A stretch of DNA of 64,000 nt from Octopus bimaculoides (lineage: Eukaryota), in contig NC_068994.1 in NCBI RefSeq assembly GCF_001194135.2, positions 26,814,632 to 26,878,631 of the forward strand, read 5' to 3'. Below the pieces are notes generated by a model. The model was not told the origin of the DNA. It searched no databases and worked only from the letters and a program-made list of their open reading frames with translations. Of the stretch, positions 49,275 through 62,269 are shown in pieces. Position 1 is the stretch's first letter. Each line of letters begins with the position of its first letter. Made by a program: the position numbers and the translations under genes.

Positions 49275-51821
49275 ACATATGTATATTTTTACATCAAAAA
49301 CCTATGAGGTACGTACATATTAGTTGTGTTTGTAATGGAGAAATTTATACAATTAGTTCGTAAAAATTCTAACAATAATATCCAAACTTCTATAAACCTA
49401 TGGCGAGTTACTCCGTTATTGTTTTGTTTATGGAGTAGTTGGAATCTTGCTGGTAGTGGGGAGGGGTAATTTTTGCTGTTCAGTCTCCTCATCTAATTGG
49501 TCATCTATTGTTTTAAAATGTCTTGGCTTAGCTACAGTTGGACATGGATTGATTGATTGATTGGTCAATTAATTATTTAGATAATTGATTAGTTGATTGA
49601 TTAGCTAATTGATTAGTGGACTGATGAATTGGTTAATTAGTCGTTAGATCAATAAGTTTGTGAGGATACTCAAATCTAGGGTTACCTCCATTCACTCATG
49701 TTTGGAAAATAAAAAATGAATAACTACCTGAGGAATTTATTAGTTAAGTGACTCAACTATATAGGGAATCCTGCTGTCAGACATAATAAATTTTAAACAT
49801 AATTTGAGGCAATTTGTCGGATACAATAGCTTTTGATCATATTTTTACCAAAAATAACTACAATTTGAAAATATGTAGGTATAATTTGTATATGAAGGAG
49901 TTTTAGTGAGTAATCGGAGACTGTATTCTAGACGTAATCTTAGTGATTAATGACAGCATACTAAGAAGATGTATACGATCAGTTTTATTGTATTGTTGTG
50001 TTATTGTTTTGTTGTTTTGCCCCTTGTTTTAGTTTGGTCTAACTAACTTCCGGCATGTGTTTCATATAATCCCCATTGAAGTTAGTAAATATAGTAGTAA
50101 ATCAATAGGTTGGACTTATACACAAAATAAAATTATCTCTTATATATTATATTAAATATTATCCCCGGAATGTCATATAGGTGTTAATTAGATTTGTAAC
50201 AACCTATCTCACATATGTATTATACTTAAATTTTACACCCTGGGAAGAGGAGAAATTTCAACCATGTTTCGTGGTCTGCTACCACAACAGCTCCTTTATA
50301 GGATCCAGTTAGCTCAAGACATCATCAGGAGGAACCACGTCCGGTTTCGGCCCCTACTCCTCTACCATTTTGACGTGGCGGGGCCCCTCCTTTCGGAGGT
50401 GTCTTCAGCTCTGGTGTTGGGTGCATGTCTTCTTTCTTCTATTCCCTGGTCTCTTCGATGTAGCATCAACGAGTGTCAGCGTCCGACTGATCGTCATGTC
50501 AAGTTCCCCTTTTTATATCTGCTGCTAGGCTCCAGCAGGCAGCCCCAGCTAGCTGTCACGTGACACTGTCTAAATTTCTCGCTGCTAGGGTCCAGTAGGC
50601 AGCACCTTACACCCTTAGTATATCTCTTTAACCCTTTATTCCGATATGCACATCTATGTATATGGTATGAGTATGTGCGTGTACATGTATGCATATATGT
50701 ATTTATATGTATGTATGTGTATATGTGTATGTGTGTATATATACATATGGATATTTATATCCGTATATAAACTTTCCGATAATTTGTTTAGTCTTTGTAT
50801 TATCTATATACACTCCATTTATATAGGTATATATAGGTATGTGAGTATGTATGTATGTGTGTGTGTGTGTGTGCTTATATGTGTACGTATATATATGAAT
50901 ATATATGTATGTATGTATATATGTATTTATATATTTATGCCTAGCTCATTTTACTGGTTATTGGTTGTCCAACCGTAGCTAAGCCAAGACATTTTAAAGC
51001 AATAGATGACCAATTAGATGAGGAGACTGAACAACAAAAATAACCCCTCCCTACTACCAGCAAGATTCCAACTACTCCATAAACAAAACAATAACAGAGT
51101 AACTCATCACAGGTTTATGGATATTATTGTTAGAATTTTTACGAACTAATTGTATAAATTTCTCCATTACAAACACAACTAATATGTACGTACCTCATAG
51201 GTTTTTGATGTAAATATATACATACTTTAACATATAAATAGATATACATAAATAAATATAAATACATAAATACATATATGTACATTTAAATGTACATANN
51301 NNNNNNNNAATGGGATAATATCTTATAGCTGTTTCAGTCTAGAGGTGACATGCCTCATTCTATCTTTATCACTCCAGTAGACTGAAGTAATTAATAGATG
51401 AAATATATACATACTTTAACATATAAATAGATATACATAAATAAATATAAATACATAAATACATATATGTACATTTAAATGTACATATATGTATTTATGT
51501 ATTTATATTTATTTATGTATATCTATTTATATGTTAAAGTATGTATATATTTCATCTATTAATTACTTCAGTCTACTGGAGTGATAAAGATAGAATGAGG
51601 CATGTCACCTCTAGACTGAAACAGCTATAAGATATTATCCCATTTTCTGTCACTTTATGTCATTTTTATAATTACTGATATGACGTAATATGTCACATGT
51701 GTTTGTATATTGTTATTATTGTCCTTTTAGTAAACAAATAAACAGATAAATTGAACAATACAACGTCTGCAAGTTGATGAATACCACCTATTAATCCCCT
51801 CCATTTTCTTATTGCTATATA
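48652..51821. mobile_element. Nested inverted-repeat (fold-back) structure, probably Penelope-derived
   Basis: Outer arms ~48652-49008 / 51477-51821 and inner arms ~49285-49540 / 50965-51225 are high-identity reverse complements. The arms carry a GAAACAGCTGT hammerhead remnant; the core has a CTGATGA...GAAAC relic at 50250-50340 (-). Confidence 0.75.
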
Positions 51822-52049
51822 GATTAATGGTAAAATAACTTTTTACCTGCACCCATTTATTGCACTTGGTAATGTAATTGCCATGCAATGAAAAAACACT
51901 AGTGTAATAATAATTGGGTACTCTTCAAGCAGTATATTGGATAGATATTATCCCTTAGTAGATAGATATCATCCCTAACTTTCTTGGATATATATATATA
52001 TATATATATATCTGTCTGTCTGAAAGGCTTGCAACATCTGTTATAAGGC

Positions 52050-53150
52050 ATTCTCTTTTTTTATTATCATATATGATGATCTTTAGTTTCTCATGAAATA
52101 TTTAATTGTTTTGTCTGTCTCAAGTCTTGCTTTACCTGGTTCATTCACACCTTTTTCTGATACATGAGTGTACAACTTGTTTTAAGTATTATAGTCATAC
52201 TTTTCAGAAAATGTTGAATTTAGATTGAAGCAAATCTTACCATGACATCATTCTTTCTGCACTAACATTTCATGGCCTTCTGCAAGATAATCAATATTTC
52301 CCACTTGCACTTGTTTAAAGAACAAAATGAAGGAATAAATACTGTTGCTCACTGAAATATTGCTTAGTACTCTGATCTTGAGCAGCCACCTACAAACTCT
52401 CAGTTTTTCTCTTTAAATATCTGAAGTCACTCCCACTATGAGTCAGGATTTTTCACATTTTTGATGTCTCCATGGAACTGTTCAAGTAACAGCATTTCTT
52501 TCAGCACTCCCTTTCTTTCACAAATTGTTCTGCTTTGGTATGTTTTCTTCTATTCAAGTAAGTCCGATTTCTATTGCAGCAGATTATATTATTATTTTTG
52601 TCTTATATAAGAAACTATGATTTGGAATTGATTCCATGCTACAAATGCTGATTTTATCTGTGTTTTTTTCTTTTTACAAGTCATATAGATGCTGTGACTG
52701 TATTTTTTCCAACTACAATTTATCATCATATTTTTCTTTCTTATTCATAGTATTGATAGTGTACATATTGTCAGGCTCTCTCCTTAAAACTGTGGAGCCA
52801 TTTAAGCTTTATCTATTTATGCTTAATAAAACCTGTGAAAGTCATAATGAAATTCTTGGTTTCAGCTCTCGTTGCTATCACTGTTGCTTCATTTCAACAC
52901 TGCCATTTTTTCTTCTTCCAGATCCAAAGATTATGGAGGGACATTCAAGAGAATTAATTTCACAGAAAATGCTCTCATATATTATTATTTTACATCTAAT
53001 GTCAATCACAACAAGGTTTGTGTTTCATATCTCCTTTAGAATTTTAGATTTATTATTCCATTCTTGCATGATTGGGATCTTGTTTTGCAAGAGCAAATGT
53101 TTTTTTTTTTCCTTACAGTATTTGCGGCAATAAACTATGTAGTTGGATCT
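52050..53150 (-). mobile_element. R4/Dong-like LINE relic
   Basis: LKRKTESL*VAAQDQS; 52620-52720 is homologous to 58380-58480. Confidence 0.7.
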
Positions 53151-53771
53151 GTTCTTATTTGTTTAGCTTCCTTTTCATAATGGTAAGGGTGTGAGTTGAA
53201 TAAAATTTAACTGCATTGTTGATTCATGGAATAAGAATTGAAGCTGCTCTTCTTGTGTTATGTACTCAGTAGTACAGCACAATGACTACTATGGTAAGAG
53301 GTGACCAACACCTGTACAGTTTAAGTTAGTCTACTACCTTAAACTGTACAGTTGTTGGTTTCTTTACACATCCAGTTCCTTGTTGTTTATTTATTTTCTT
53401 TGTTTTTTTCTTTACCTTGTTACTGCCAAAATTTCAGTGTGTTTGACATTTTTGCTGTATTTGTGTCCATGCATACACAAATGCATGTCTATGTTGTATA
53501 AAATTCACCTTGAGAAAACCATACACTAATATTTTTACAGTAAAGCTGTTATATGAAAATGTTTATGTGAGAACATAATTTTGCATTTTCATTTTCATAA
53601 ATATATAGATACATAATAGTAATATTTACCTTTTATGTTAAAAACTAAAATTGATTTCATTCAGATGTATATATATATATCTACGTGTAAAAATTTAGCA
53701 CATCTTCAACCCATTCTTCTTATTTTATCTAAAAACAGGTGTGCACACACACGCGTGCACGCACACGCGTG

Positions 53772-53807
<36 letters not shown>

Positions 53808-54816
53808 GTGATGTGCAGTCTATATAGTTAAGATAGACAGTGTCTATCCACACCAGCACTATAAGTATAACAATGTAGTTAGGAAATATGCTTTTCAAGG
53901 ACATGGTTTTGGGTTTAGCTACTGTCCAGCATCTTGGGCAAGTGTCTTCTAATATAGATTCAGGCTAACTAGAGTGAATTTAGTAGACAAAAACTGAAAG
54001 AAAACTAGTGTGTGTGTGTGCATGCATATATATCGTCATCATTAAGGTATGAAGGAAGAGGTTAGACTAGAGTAATTCCTTACAGAGGAGCTACTTGGAT
54101 ACTCACATTTAAGAGAGAGAGTGAAAATGAATTAGAGGTATTTCCAAAGAGATAGAAAGTGGTATTGAGTTATCTTGGTGGCACCTCATGTAACAAGAGC
54201 AGTAGCTTGGGGGGGGGGTTTGCAAAAGTGTTGGGTAAGAGATAGGGGAAGTGGAAGAGAGAGGTAGACAACATCTGTAGGAATTGAGGGGAGGGGTGCA
54301 CAAGTTGGGGAGATTATAGAGATACTAGAAGTATGATAGTAATGATGCTGTTGTCAGAGAGAGAGAGAGAGAAGGAAAGAGACAAAGAGAGGGGAAAGGG
54401 AAAGAGCAAGAGAGAGAGAGAGAGGGAGAGATGATATGTTTGGGTAGATTGCAAGAGTGAAGTAGAGAAATAAAACTGGTATAATGTCTGAGGAGAAATA
54501 ATTTAGTGGTCTTGGTAAGGGGATGATTGTTGGGTGTGGAGAACAAAATATATTTCAGAGAAAAGAACATGGGCATAACTTGGTAGCCTTTTATTCCAAT
54601 TGTTACATATATCTCAGTATTCAGCAACTGAAACTTATGTAACAATTAGAATAAATGAGTACCAAGTTATGGCCATGTTCATTTCTTGTATTATTGCCAT
54701 GCTCTTTGTATTATGTCATAGTGTGGTCTTGGATACAGACAGCGTGCATGTAAAAGCAATGGTGGGAGTTTAACATATTTAACATACATATGTGTGTGTG
54801 TGTGTATGTATATATA

Positions 54817-54871
<55 letters not shown>

Positions 54872-55159
54872 CATGTGTACATGTGTGAGTATGCATGTAT
54901 CACCTTGTCTTAACATCACTTAATAGCTGTGGATGAGCATTCCCATCATATTAATCTAAAATTCCCTGGCATGGGAAAATATTTCCTTGCAGGTGAAGAT
55001 TGATGACAAGAAGGGTGCACAGCCATAGAAAATTAGCCTTGTTGTATTTCATTTGAACCCTGCAAGCATTGGAAAAACAAGGATTGAAACGGTGGTGATG
55101 ATGATGAGAGTTTAGCATTCACTGGCTTCCTATCCATTATCAAATATGTAATTTAATTC

Positions 55160-55176
55160 ATGAAATTATATGTGCA

Positions 55177-55224
<48 letters not shown>

Positions 55225-55720
55225 CAAACAATATATGAGTGTATGCATATATATGTACATGTATGTATGTACCTTCATCTACATGTACATATAGATATAT
55301 AACTGGGTACATGACGTAGCAAAAGAACATGGACAAAATGATAAAGGTACAATAAACAAGCAAGCCACATAGAAACATCTCCTCCATCAGCTGCCACCAT
55401 TAAAACACCGGCGTTTCGAAGAATTAAGGCAGTACGCATCGTTGGAATGGTTCTTCCCATGAACACAAGTTAAATTGTTTTCGTGGAGGGTAGTGGCGGA
55501 CGGAAAACAAGACAGAAAAGCGAAACGGTGAAAAAACAAAGAAGCAAAAGGGCTGTACAGCCAGACGTGAAGTGTGTATGTATTGAACGCTGTGAAGCAC
55601 GAACAGGAGGGGCAAAGAAGTACGTGCGAGCTTGGTGAGTCCAAGAACGAAAAGAAATAGCAGCCGGACACACGTGACCAAGGCTGTGTAAAAAGAATGA
55701 GTAGCAGAGGGAAAAGAAGG
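55160..55720 (-). mobile_element. Microsatellite-associated Penelope-like terminal fragment
   Basis: Relic hairpin GAAGAA...TTCTTC-GAAACG and CTGATGG; GC-richer than its flanks; runs into a 719-nt gap. Confidence 0.45.
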
Positions 55721-56899
55721 GNNNNNNNNNNNNNNNNNNNNNNNNNNNNNNNNNNNNNNNNNNNNNNNNNNNNNNNNNNNNNNNNNNNNNNNNNNNNNNN
55801 NNNNNNNNNNNNNNNNNNNNNNNNNNNNNNNNNNNNNNNNNNNNNNNNNNNNNNNNNNNNNNNNNNNNNNNNNNNNNNNNNNNNNNNNNNNNNNNNNNNN
55901 NNNNNNNNNNNNNNNNNNNNNNNNNNNNNNNNNNNNNNNNNNNNNNNNNNNNNNNNNNNNNNNNNNNNNNNNNNNNNNNNNNNNNNNNNNNNNNNNNNNN
56001 NNNNNNNNNNNNNNNNNNNNNNNNNNNNNNNNNNNNNNNNNNNNNNNNNNNNNNNNNNNNNNNNNNNNNNNNNNNNNNNNNNNNNNNNNNNNNNNNNNNN
56101 NNNNNNNNNNNNNNNNNNNNNNNNNNNNNNNNNNNNNNNNNNNNNNNNNNNNNNNNNNNNNNNNNNNNNNNNNNNNNNNNNNNNNNNNNNNNNNNNNNNN
56201 NNNNNNNNNNNNNNNNNNNNNNNNNNNNNNNNNNNNNNNNNNNNNNNNNNNNNNNNNNNNNNNNNNNNNNNNNNNNNNNNNNNNNNNNNNNNNNNNNNNN
56301 NNNNNNNNNNNNNNNNNNNNNNNNNNNNNNNNNNNNNNNNNNNNNNNNNNNNNNNNNNNNNNNNNNNNNNNNNNNNNNNNNNNNNNNNNNNNNNNNNNNN
56401 NNNNNNNNNNNNNNNNNNNNNNNNNNNNNNNNNNNNNNNTATATATATGTATGTGTGTTTGCGTGTCTATGTTTGTCCCCCACCATTGCTTGACAACCGA
56501 TGGTGGTGTGTTTACGTCCCTGTAACTTAGCAGTTCGGCAAAAGAGACCAATAGAATAAGTACTAGGCTTCCAAAGAATAAGTCCTGGGGTCGATTTGCT
56601 CGACTAAAGGCGGTGCTCCAGCATGGCCACAGTCAAATGACTGAAACAAGTAAAAGAGTACAAATAGATAGATAGACAGACAGACAGACAAATAGATAGG
56701 TTGGTAAGTAGGTAGACAGGCAGGCAGGCAGGCAGGCAGGTAGGTAGGCAGGCAGGCAGAGAGAATGTTCAGACTAATTTGACAGTTTGTAAAAAAGGAA
56801 AAGAAAATACAATATCCAATCCAAAAATAAAAGTATTGGAAAAAATATCAATTAACTAGTTTATGGCTGGAAGATAACAGTTGACTCAAAGTAGAAACA

Positions 56900-57900
56900 T
56901 TCTGTTTCTAACACTGCCTCAAGATAGCTACAAAATCTGGTGCATGCATTTCTCAACATGTTCTTTGTAAGATCTTCAAACACCTCCTTAATCTTGGCCA
57001 CCAATTTGGCCTTCGTATTGCAGGCAGAGCAGTCAGTTTCTTTCTCAACCCTGCCCTACACATAGTAATCCATGCGATTACAATTGGGGGAACTAAGAGG
57101 CCAGAAATTGGGGTAGTGAAGTCATTGAAATTTTCCAACACTTTCTGAAGGTTTGGCAAGAAGCTGAATCCTGTTGCTGTACATGGCCTTCTAGCAGCAA
57201 TCTTCTCCAGCTAGGGTTTGACCATAATCTACAGCAGTTTCACATAGCTGCCTGAATCAAGCTTAAGGCCCGGTTCAAAGTGTGGGGCAGCACAGTGTCA
57301 CCCTCACTGGTGACACACGCAAACAACATTACAGTTTAGAGAAACTTTATTTTTATGATACATAGGACATCACATGGATTGTAGGCAAGCCATCTGTTGT
57401 TCTGGATGTTGTGCAACTGGTCCTGGAAGAAGTTCTTTTCATCTGAGAAGAATCAGATCATCCTACAGTTCAACAAGATGCCTCAGCTTGTTCAAGAGTT
57501 TCTTTGCCTTTCTTAAGCAATTCTCATTGACCTTGGCTGTCAGAATTTGTCCCTTGTGCCTCTTGTATGAGTGGTAGCCAAAGTTTCTCATTCTGAGCCA
57601 GTTTCATGATGATGACTCCAACACCCATCTCACTCACCAAAGCCTGGATTCTCTTACTTGGATCATCCATCACCTTGTCCTACAGGTGTTGGATGAATTC
57701 TGCCATGTGAACACTGTCAGAATGCCTGCTGTGTCCCTTCATACATCTCACAGCTTCATAGTCTCCACTGTAGCTGTCTATATCATGTCTTACAACCTTT
57801 ACTGTGTTCACAGAGCATTAAGCTGCAATCATGTCAACATTTTAATATCTGATGCAAATCATTGTGATACATATAACTCTTTTCCAGTATTCAGATGGCT
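56900..57900 (-). mobile_element. maT/DD37D-like transposase relic
   Basis: NFNDFTTP.FWP..SP.CNRMDYY, KAKLVAKIKEVF, KAKKLLNKL. Confidence 0.75.
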
Positions 57901-58079
57901 TCCAATCCTCCATGTCAGCTAACTTTTTTTTCAACTACAACTGTAATTTTTATACTATCAAATGCTGTTGACTGTTCACCAATACATCAAGCTGTTCCTG
58001 AAGAGAGAAGACAAAATATTATTAGAGTCAGCCTGAACACTCTGTGTGTGTGTGTGTATACAGAAAATTCCCAGAGTTT

Positions 58080-58760
58080 CTCAAATACATGATCAATGGC
58101 AGAGAGAAAACAAATTATAATCTAAAGCATGTGAGTAATATAGATAATATGTTGTTAACATTCAATGAACTGTCAGAAATGAAGGTGTAAAGATGGAAGC
58201 AGTAAAATAAAACTGGGCATCAAATTGATCCTCTAGAGCCTGTTGTTTTATCCTGTTGTGTGCAGACAGCACAAAACTCTAGCTAACATTAATTTTTAAA
58301 TGAAAAACATTGCCAAACAAATTAAATCATCCAGTATTCCTCTTGTCCATTACAAAGGGTGAATGGACAAGGCATTGTGAAATTGTAGTTAGAAAAAGTA
58401 GTCACAGCATCTATATGGCCTATTGCAAAGAGAAAAGGATAAAAACAGCATTTGTAGTATGGAATCAACTCCAAGTCCACAAAATGGAAGTAATGAAGAA
58501 GAATAATTGAGTGATTAAAAACTAAAATGGCAGCAATTCTCAGCATTTTAATGTTGCAGTTACAACCAGGGAATACTCATGTCAACAAACCACTACAAAT
58601 GTTTTGAATAAGTGGAAGTGGAGTGGAACAAAGCTGAAAGAATTCACTGTGACTTAAGTATGTCAAAGCTGTAAGTCATAGGCAGCTAGAAATAATAACC
58701 ACACCATTACAAAAATGTTGACTCAGTAATGAAGTGGCTAACAATAAGATAATCTTCTTT
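58080..58760 (+). mobile_element. R4/Dong-like LINE relic
   Basis: Nucleotide homology to the minus strand of 52620-52720 (ATTGTAGTT...GTCACAGCATCTATATG...CAGCATTTGTAG.ATGGAATCAA). Confidence 0.6.
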
Positions 58761-58853
58761 ATGAAGATAACAATAACCCGGAAACAGCTAACAGCAGTGA
58801 CTTTGCTGTAGATGACAACAATAATTTATGTTTTGATAGATATATATTTAGTA

Positions 58854-59907
58854 AAGCCAGTATGCTCTGATGGATGTGTAATGTCAGTGTGCATACTTGA
58901 CAGAGTGTAAGTACCTTGAGAGAAAAGTTAGACCTAAGAAGCATCAGTTGTGGTGTGCAAGAGAGACGACTGCACTGGTATGGACATGTGGCAAGAATGG
59001 ATGAGGACAGCTGTGTGAAAAAGTGCCACACCTAACAGTTGAGGGAACCTGTGGAAGAGGTAGACCCGGGAAGACCTGGGATGAGGTGGTGAAGCACAAC
59101 CTTCGTACTTTAGGCCTCACCAAGGCAATGACTAGTGACTGGGACCATTGGAAATATGCAGTACGTGAGAAGACTCGACAAGCCAAGTGAGAGCATAAGC
59201 TGGGACCTCTGCCAGAAGTGTAGCCAGCTCACTTATTCATATTTTTACTTTATTGGACACTAAACTCTGCTTGTGAAGACCTGTTGAGGCAAGTGAATTT
59301 GAAATCTGAAATCGAAATCGAACTGAATCCGATGACTGGCACCCATGCCAACTTCTCCTTCATTGGACACTAAACTTTGCTTGCAAAGACATGTTGGGGC
59401 AAGTGAAATCGAAATCGAAATTGAACCATATTCGATGACTGAGACCTGTGCCAGTGGAGCACTAACAGCACTGTCCAAGCGTGTTCATTGCCAGAGCAGC
59501 TGTCTGGCTTCCGTGCTAGTGGCCCGTAAATAGCACCATTTGAGCATAATCATTACCAGCGTCACCTTCTAGCACTTGTGCTGGTGGCACTTTAGAAAAT
59601 CATTTGAGCGAGGTCATTGCCAGTGTCGCTGGACTGGCTCCCATGCAGGTGGCATGTAAAAAACAACTTTTTGTGTGAGGTTGTTGCCAGTACCGTGTGA
59701 CTGGCTCTCTTGCCAGTGGCACGTAAAAGCACCCACTACACTCTCGGAGTGGTTGGTGTTAGGAAGGGCATCCAGCTCTAGAAACATTGCCAGTCCCCAG
59801 TCAANNNNNNNNNNCCAGCTCTAGAAACATTGCCAGTCCCCAGTCAAATCGTCCAACCCATGCTAGCATGGAAAGCGGACGTTAAACGATGAGGATGATG
59901 ATGATGA
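58854..59907 (+). mobile_element. RTE LINE 3' end with duplicated ~100-bp UTR segment, four modules and (GAT)n tail
   Basis: Colinear with 13185-14110; extra tandem duplication 59250-59450. Confidence 0.92.
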
Positions 59908-60519
59908 AATTAAACATGGGGTCTTCAGGTATCTGTGATATCCTTGAGAAACATATTTCATATTATAGATTAATCTTAAAATGAGGAGGTGATGGAAATC
60001 TCTTTCTTTTTATTAATGACATTTTCTGTCCCTCTCTTACACACACTCTTCCTCTGATTATAATGGAGTTGAATAGTTTGGATTTTGATAATCCCTGTGG
60101 ATAGTTCATAGTAACCATCTCTGATAATAATGTGTTTTTAATATTCAGCTATTATGTTCTTAATTATAGAGTTTACAAGTACATTCTTTCATAATATGTT
60201 TATAATTCATTAAAAATTTTCTTCCAAAATATACCTTGCTAATTATAGGATCTGTCACATCACTTTTGATGTTTTATGAACTGAGAATTATGGTACTTAT
60301 TGATTGGTTTTTAAAGTCTGTCACAACACAATTGTGGCTTTTTATAACTGTTCTCCATTGAAAAGGACACAGTTGTGTTGGACAAAGCATTTTAGTTCTG
60401 ACTGAACGTGCTTATATAATAAACAACTGCTAGCTACTATTTTAGAATGAGTAACTGTTATTCCAACCACAGAGAATGAGTGGAACCTGTGAGCTAACTA
60501 ATAATGGGCTCATAAGTTT

Positions 60520-61280
60520 ACTCTATTCTTTCATATATGTTTAGTTGCTTATGACAGCCCAAGGTGGTGACAGTATCAGTCCAGGATATCCATTCTCCCC
60601 TGCCTCTGGCACATTGTCTCACGTGTAAGAGGACATGGCTGACAGGATCAATATGAGAGAGGCACTGACGACACTGAAAGTGACCCTGAACAACAGTCAC
60701 AGGGGTTTGATGATGATATCTTTACCTCACTTCATGCAGTCTCTTGTGTTTGGTTTCAAACTCCAACCAGTTAGGAAAGAGACTGCTTAAAATGAGAGAC
60801 CACTTGAGATGATCATGAAAACAAAGTTTTGGACATCCATGAAGCCTACCTCCAGTCTCAGTCTTGCTGAAGAGGACCATCTTTGGGAGCTGGTTACCCA
60901 GCATCCAAATCCCATGGTCAACTCAGTGGAGAAAATGATGTAGGATGCAGGCCTCAATGCTGTAGATCCCAGCCCTCAGGGGGATTTTGGTATGTGGCAC
61001 CTTGTCTTGCCATGATACATGTCTTGCAAGGATACTTTGGAGTGATCTGATACAGAACACTTCCAGATTTCTGACCTGGCACCAATAAAAGATCCAGCAT
61101 TCAGACATGGACAAGAGAGTAGACATACAGACAGCTCGATAAATTAGGCTTTTATACTAGTTCTAAAGTTGATGCTCCAAATGACTCATTTGCTGAGTCT
61201 CCCAAAAAATGCAGAGGCCAAGTTGATCTGAGAGAGTATCCCCTCATCGAGGAGTTCAGTGCTAGGGAGCCATCTCAGCC
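60520..61280 (-). mobile_element. RTE-BovB C-terminal relic
   Basis: LEVFCIRSLQSIL..VSWQDKVPHTKI; LPKMVLFSKTETGGRLHGCPKLCFHDHLK. Confidence 0.8.
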
Positions 61281-62269
61281 TTCTTTTATCATCATCATCA
61301 TCATCATCTTCGTTTGATGTCCATCTTCCATGCATGCATGGGTAGGATGGTTGACAGGTGCTGGATGGGTAGAAAAACCTAGGCTTCTGTGTCTGTTTTG
61401 GAAGGGATTTTACGGGTGGATGCCCTTCCTAAAACCAACTACTCCACAGAATGGACTCAGTGCTTTTTACATGGCACTAGCACAAATGAAGTTAGTTTTG
61501 GCATGATTTTTCCAGCTGGATGCCCTTCCAAACACCAACAAAATTACAATGTGGACTGGATGCTTTTAACATGGCACCAGCACTGGCAAGTCACAAGTCA
61601 AAGAATTATGAGAGGGGCAGGTCATTTGAGGAGGGGAACTTGTGTCAGAGGATGCAAGGTTAGAGTATGACAAAGAGACAGAGACAGAAGCAGGTGTCTT
61701 GCTACAACAGAGGGGGAATTAGAGGAGGTGATCTAGTATCAAATGGTAAAAGGTCAGAGTGTAACAGGGAAATAGGGGCAGAAATAGGAGTCTTGCTATA
61801 GAGGAAGTACATGGTTACCCAGTGAGTGAGAAAGTGGAAGAGAGAGAGAGAGAAAAGAGATTGAGAGTGAGAGTGACAGAGAGGTACAAGAAAGAGGCCA
61901 GAAACAAGTGTGCTGATGTAAAGGAGATACTTGCTTACCTAGTCAGAGGAAAAACAAGAGAAGAAAAGAGAGAGAGAGAGTGACCCAAGGGAAATAGAGA
62001 GAGAGAGTAGGAAACAGCAAACGTGTAAGAGAGAGCAGAAAAGAAATTGTGTAGTGCTAGGGCATACTCACAAGTAACAAGAATAAAAGTGTAGAACCTG
62101 GTTAGAAAAATAGGTTGTGAGTGTGGGGTGGAGCGATACAGTGAGCAGAGCAGTGTGGGTAAGAAAGGGGATTGGAAAACAATCATAATTTATAAAGAGG
62201 AAATGTGAGGAAGAGAAAGATTTAGTTAGAAGAGGAGTTGTAGTTCAATTTCTTAGGGTAGAGTGAGCG

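Noticed and set aside
50250-50340. Hammerhead CTGATGA...GAAAC on the minus strand (also 55370-55470)
   Set aside because: Stem I and/or the core are broken; recorded only as relics.
55424-56551. Long ORFs (277-375 aa) in the track; also 38441-38968 and 37306-37566
   Set aside because: They consist of N-gap X residues.
58322-58546. Minus-strand exon candidate GHIDAVTTFSNYNF, and nearby 57956-57997
   Set aside because: The first is the antisense of an R4-like relic; the second has only an acceptor and a mediocre donor with no other support.
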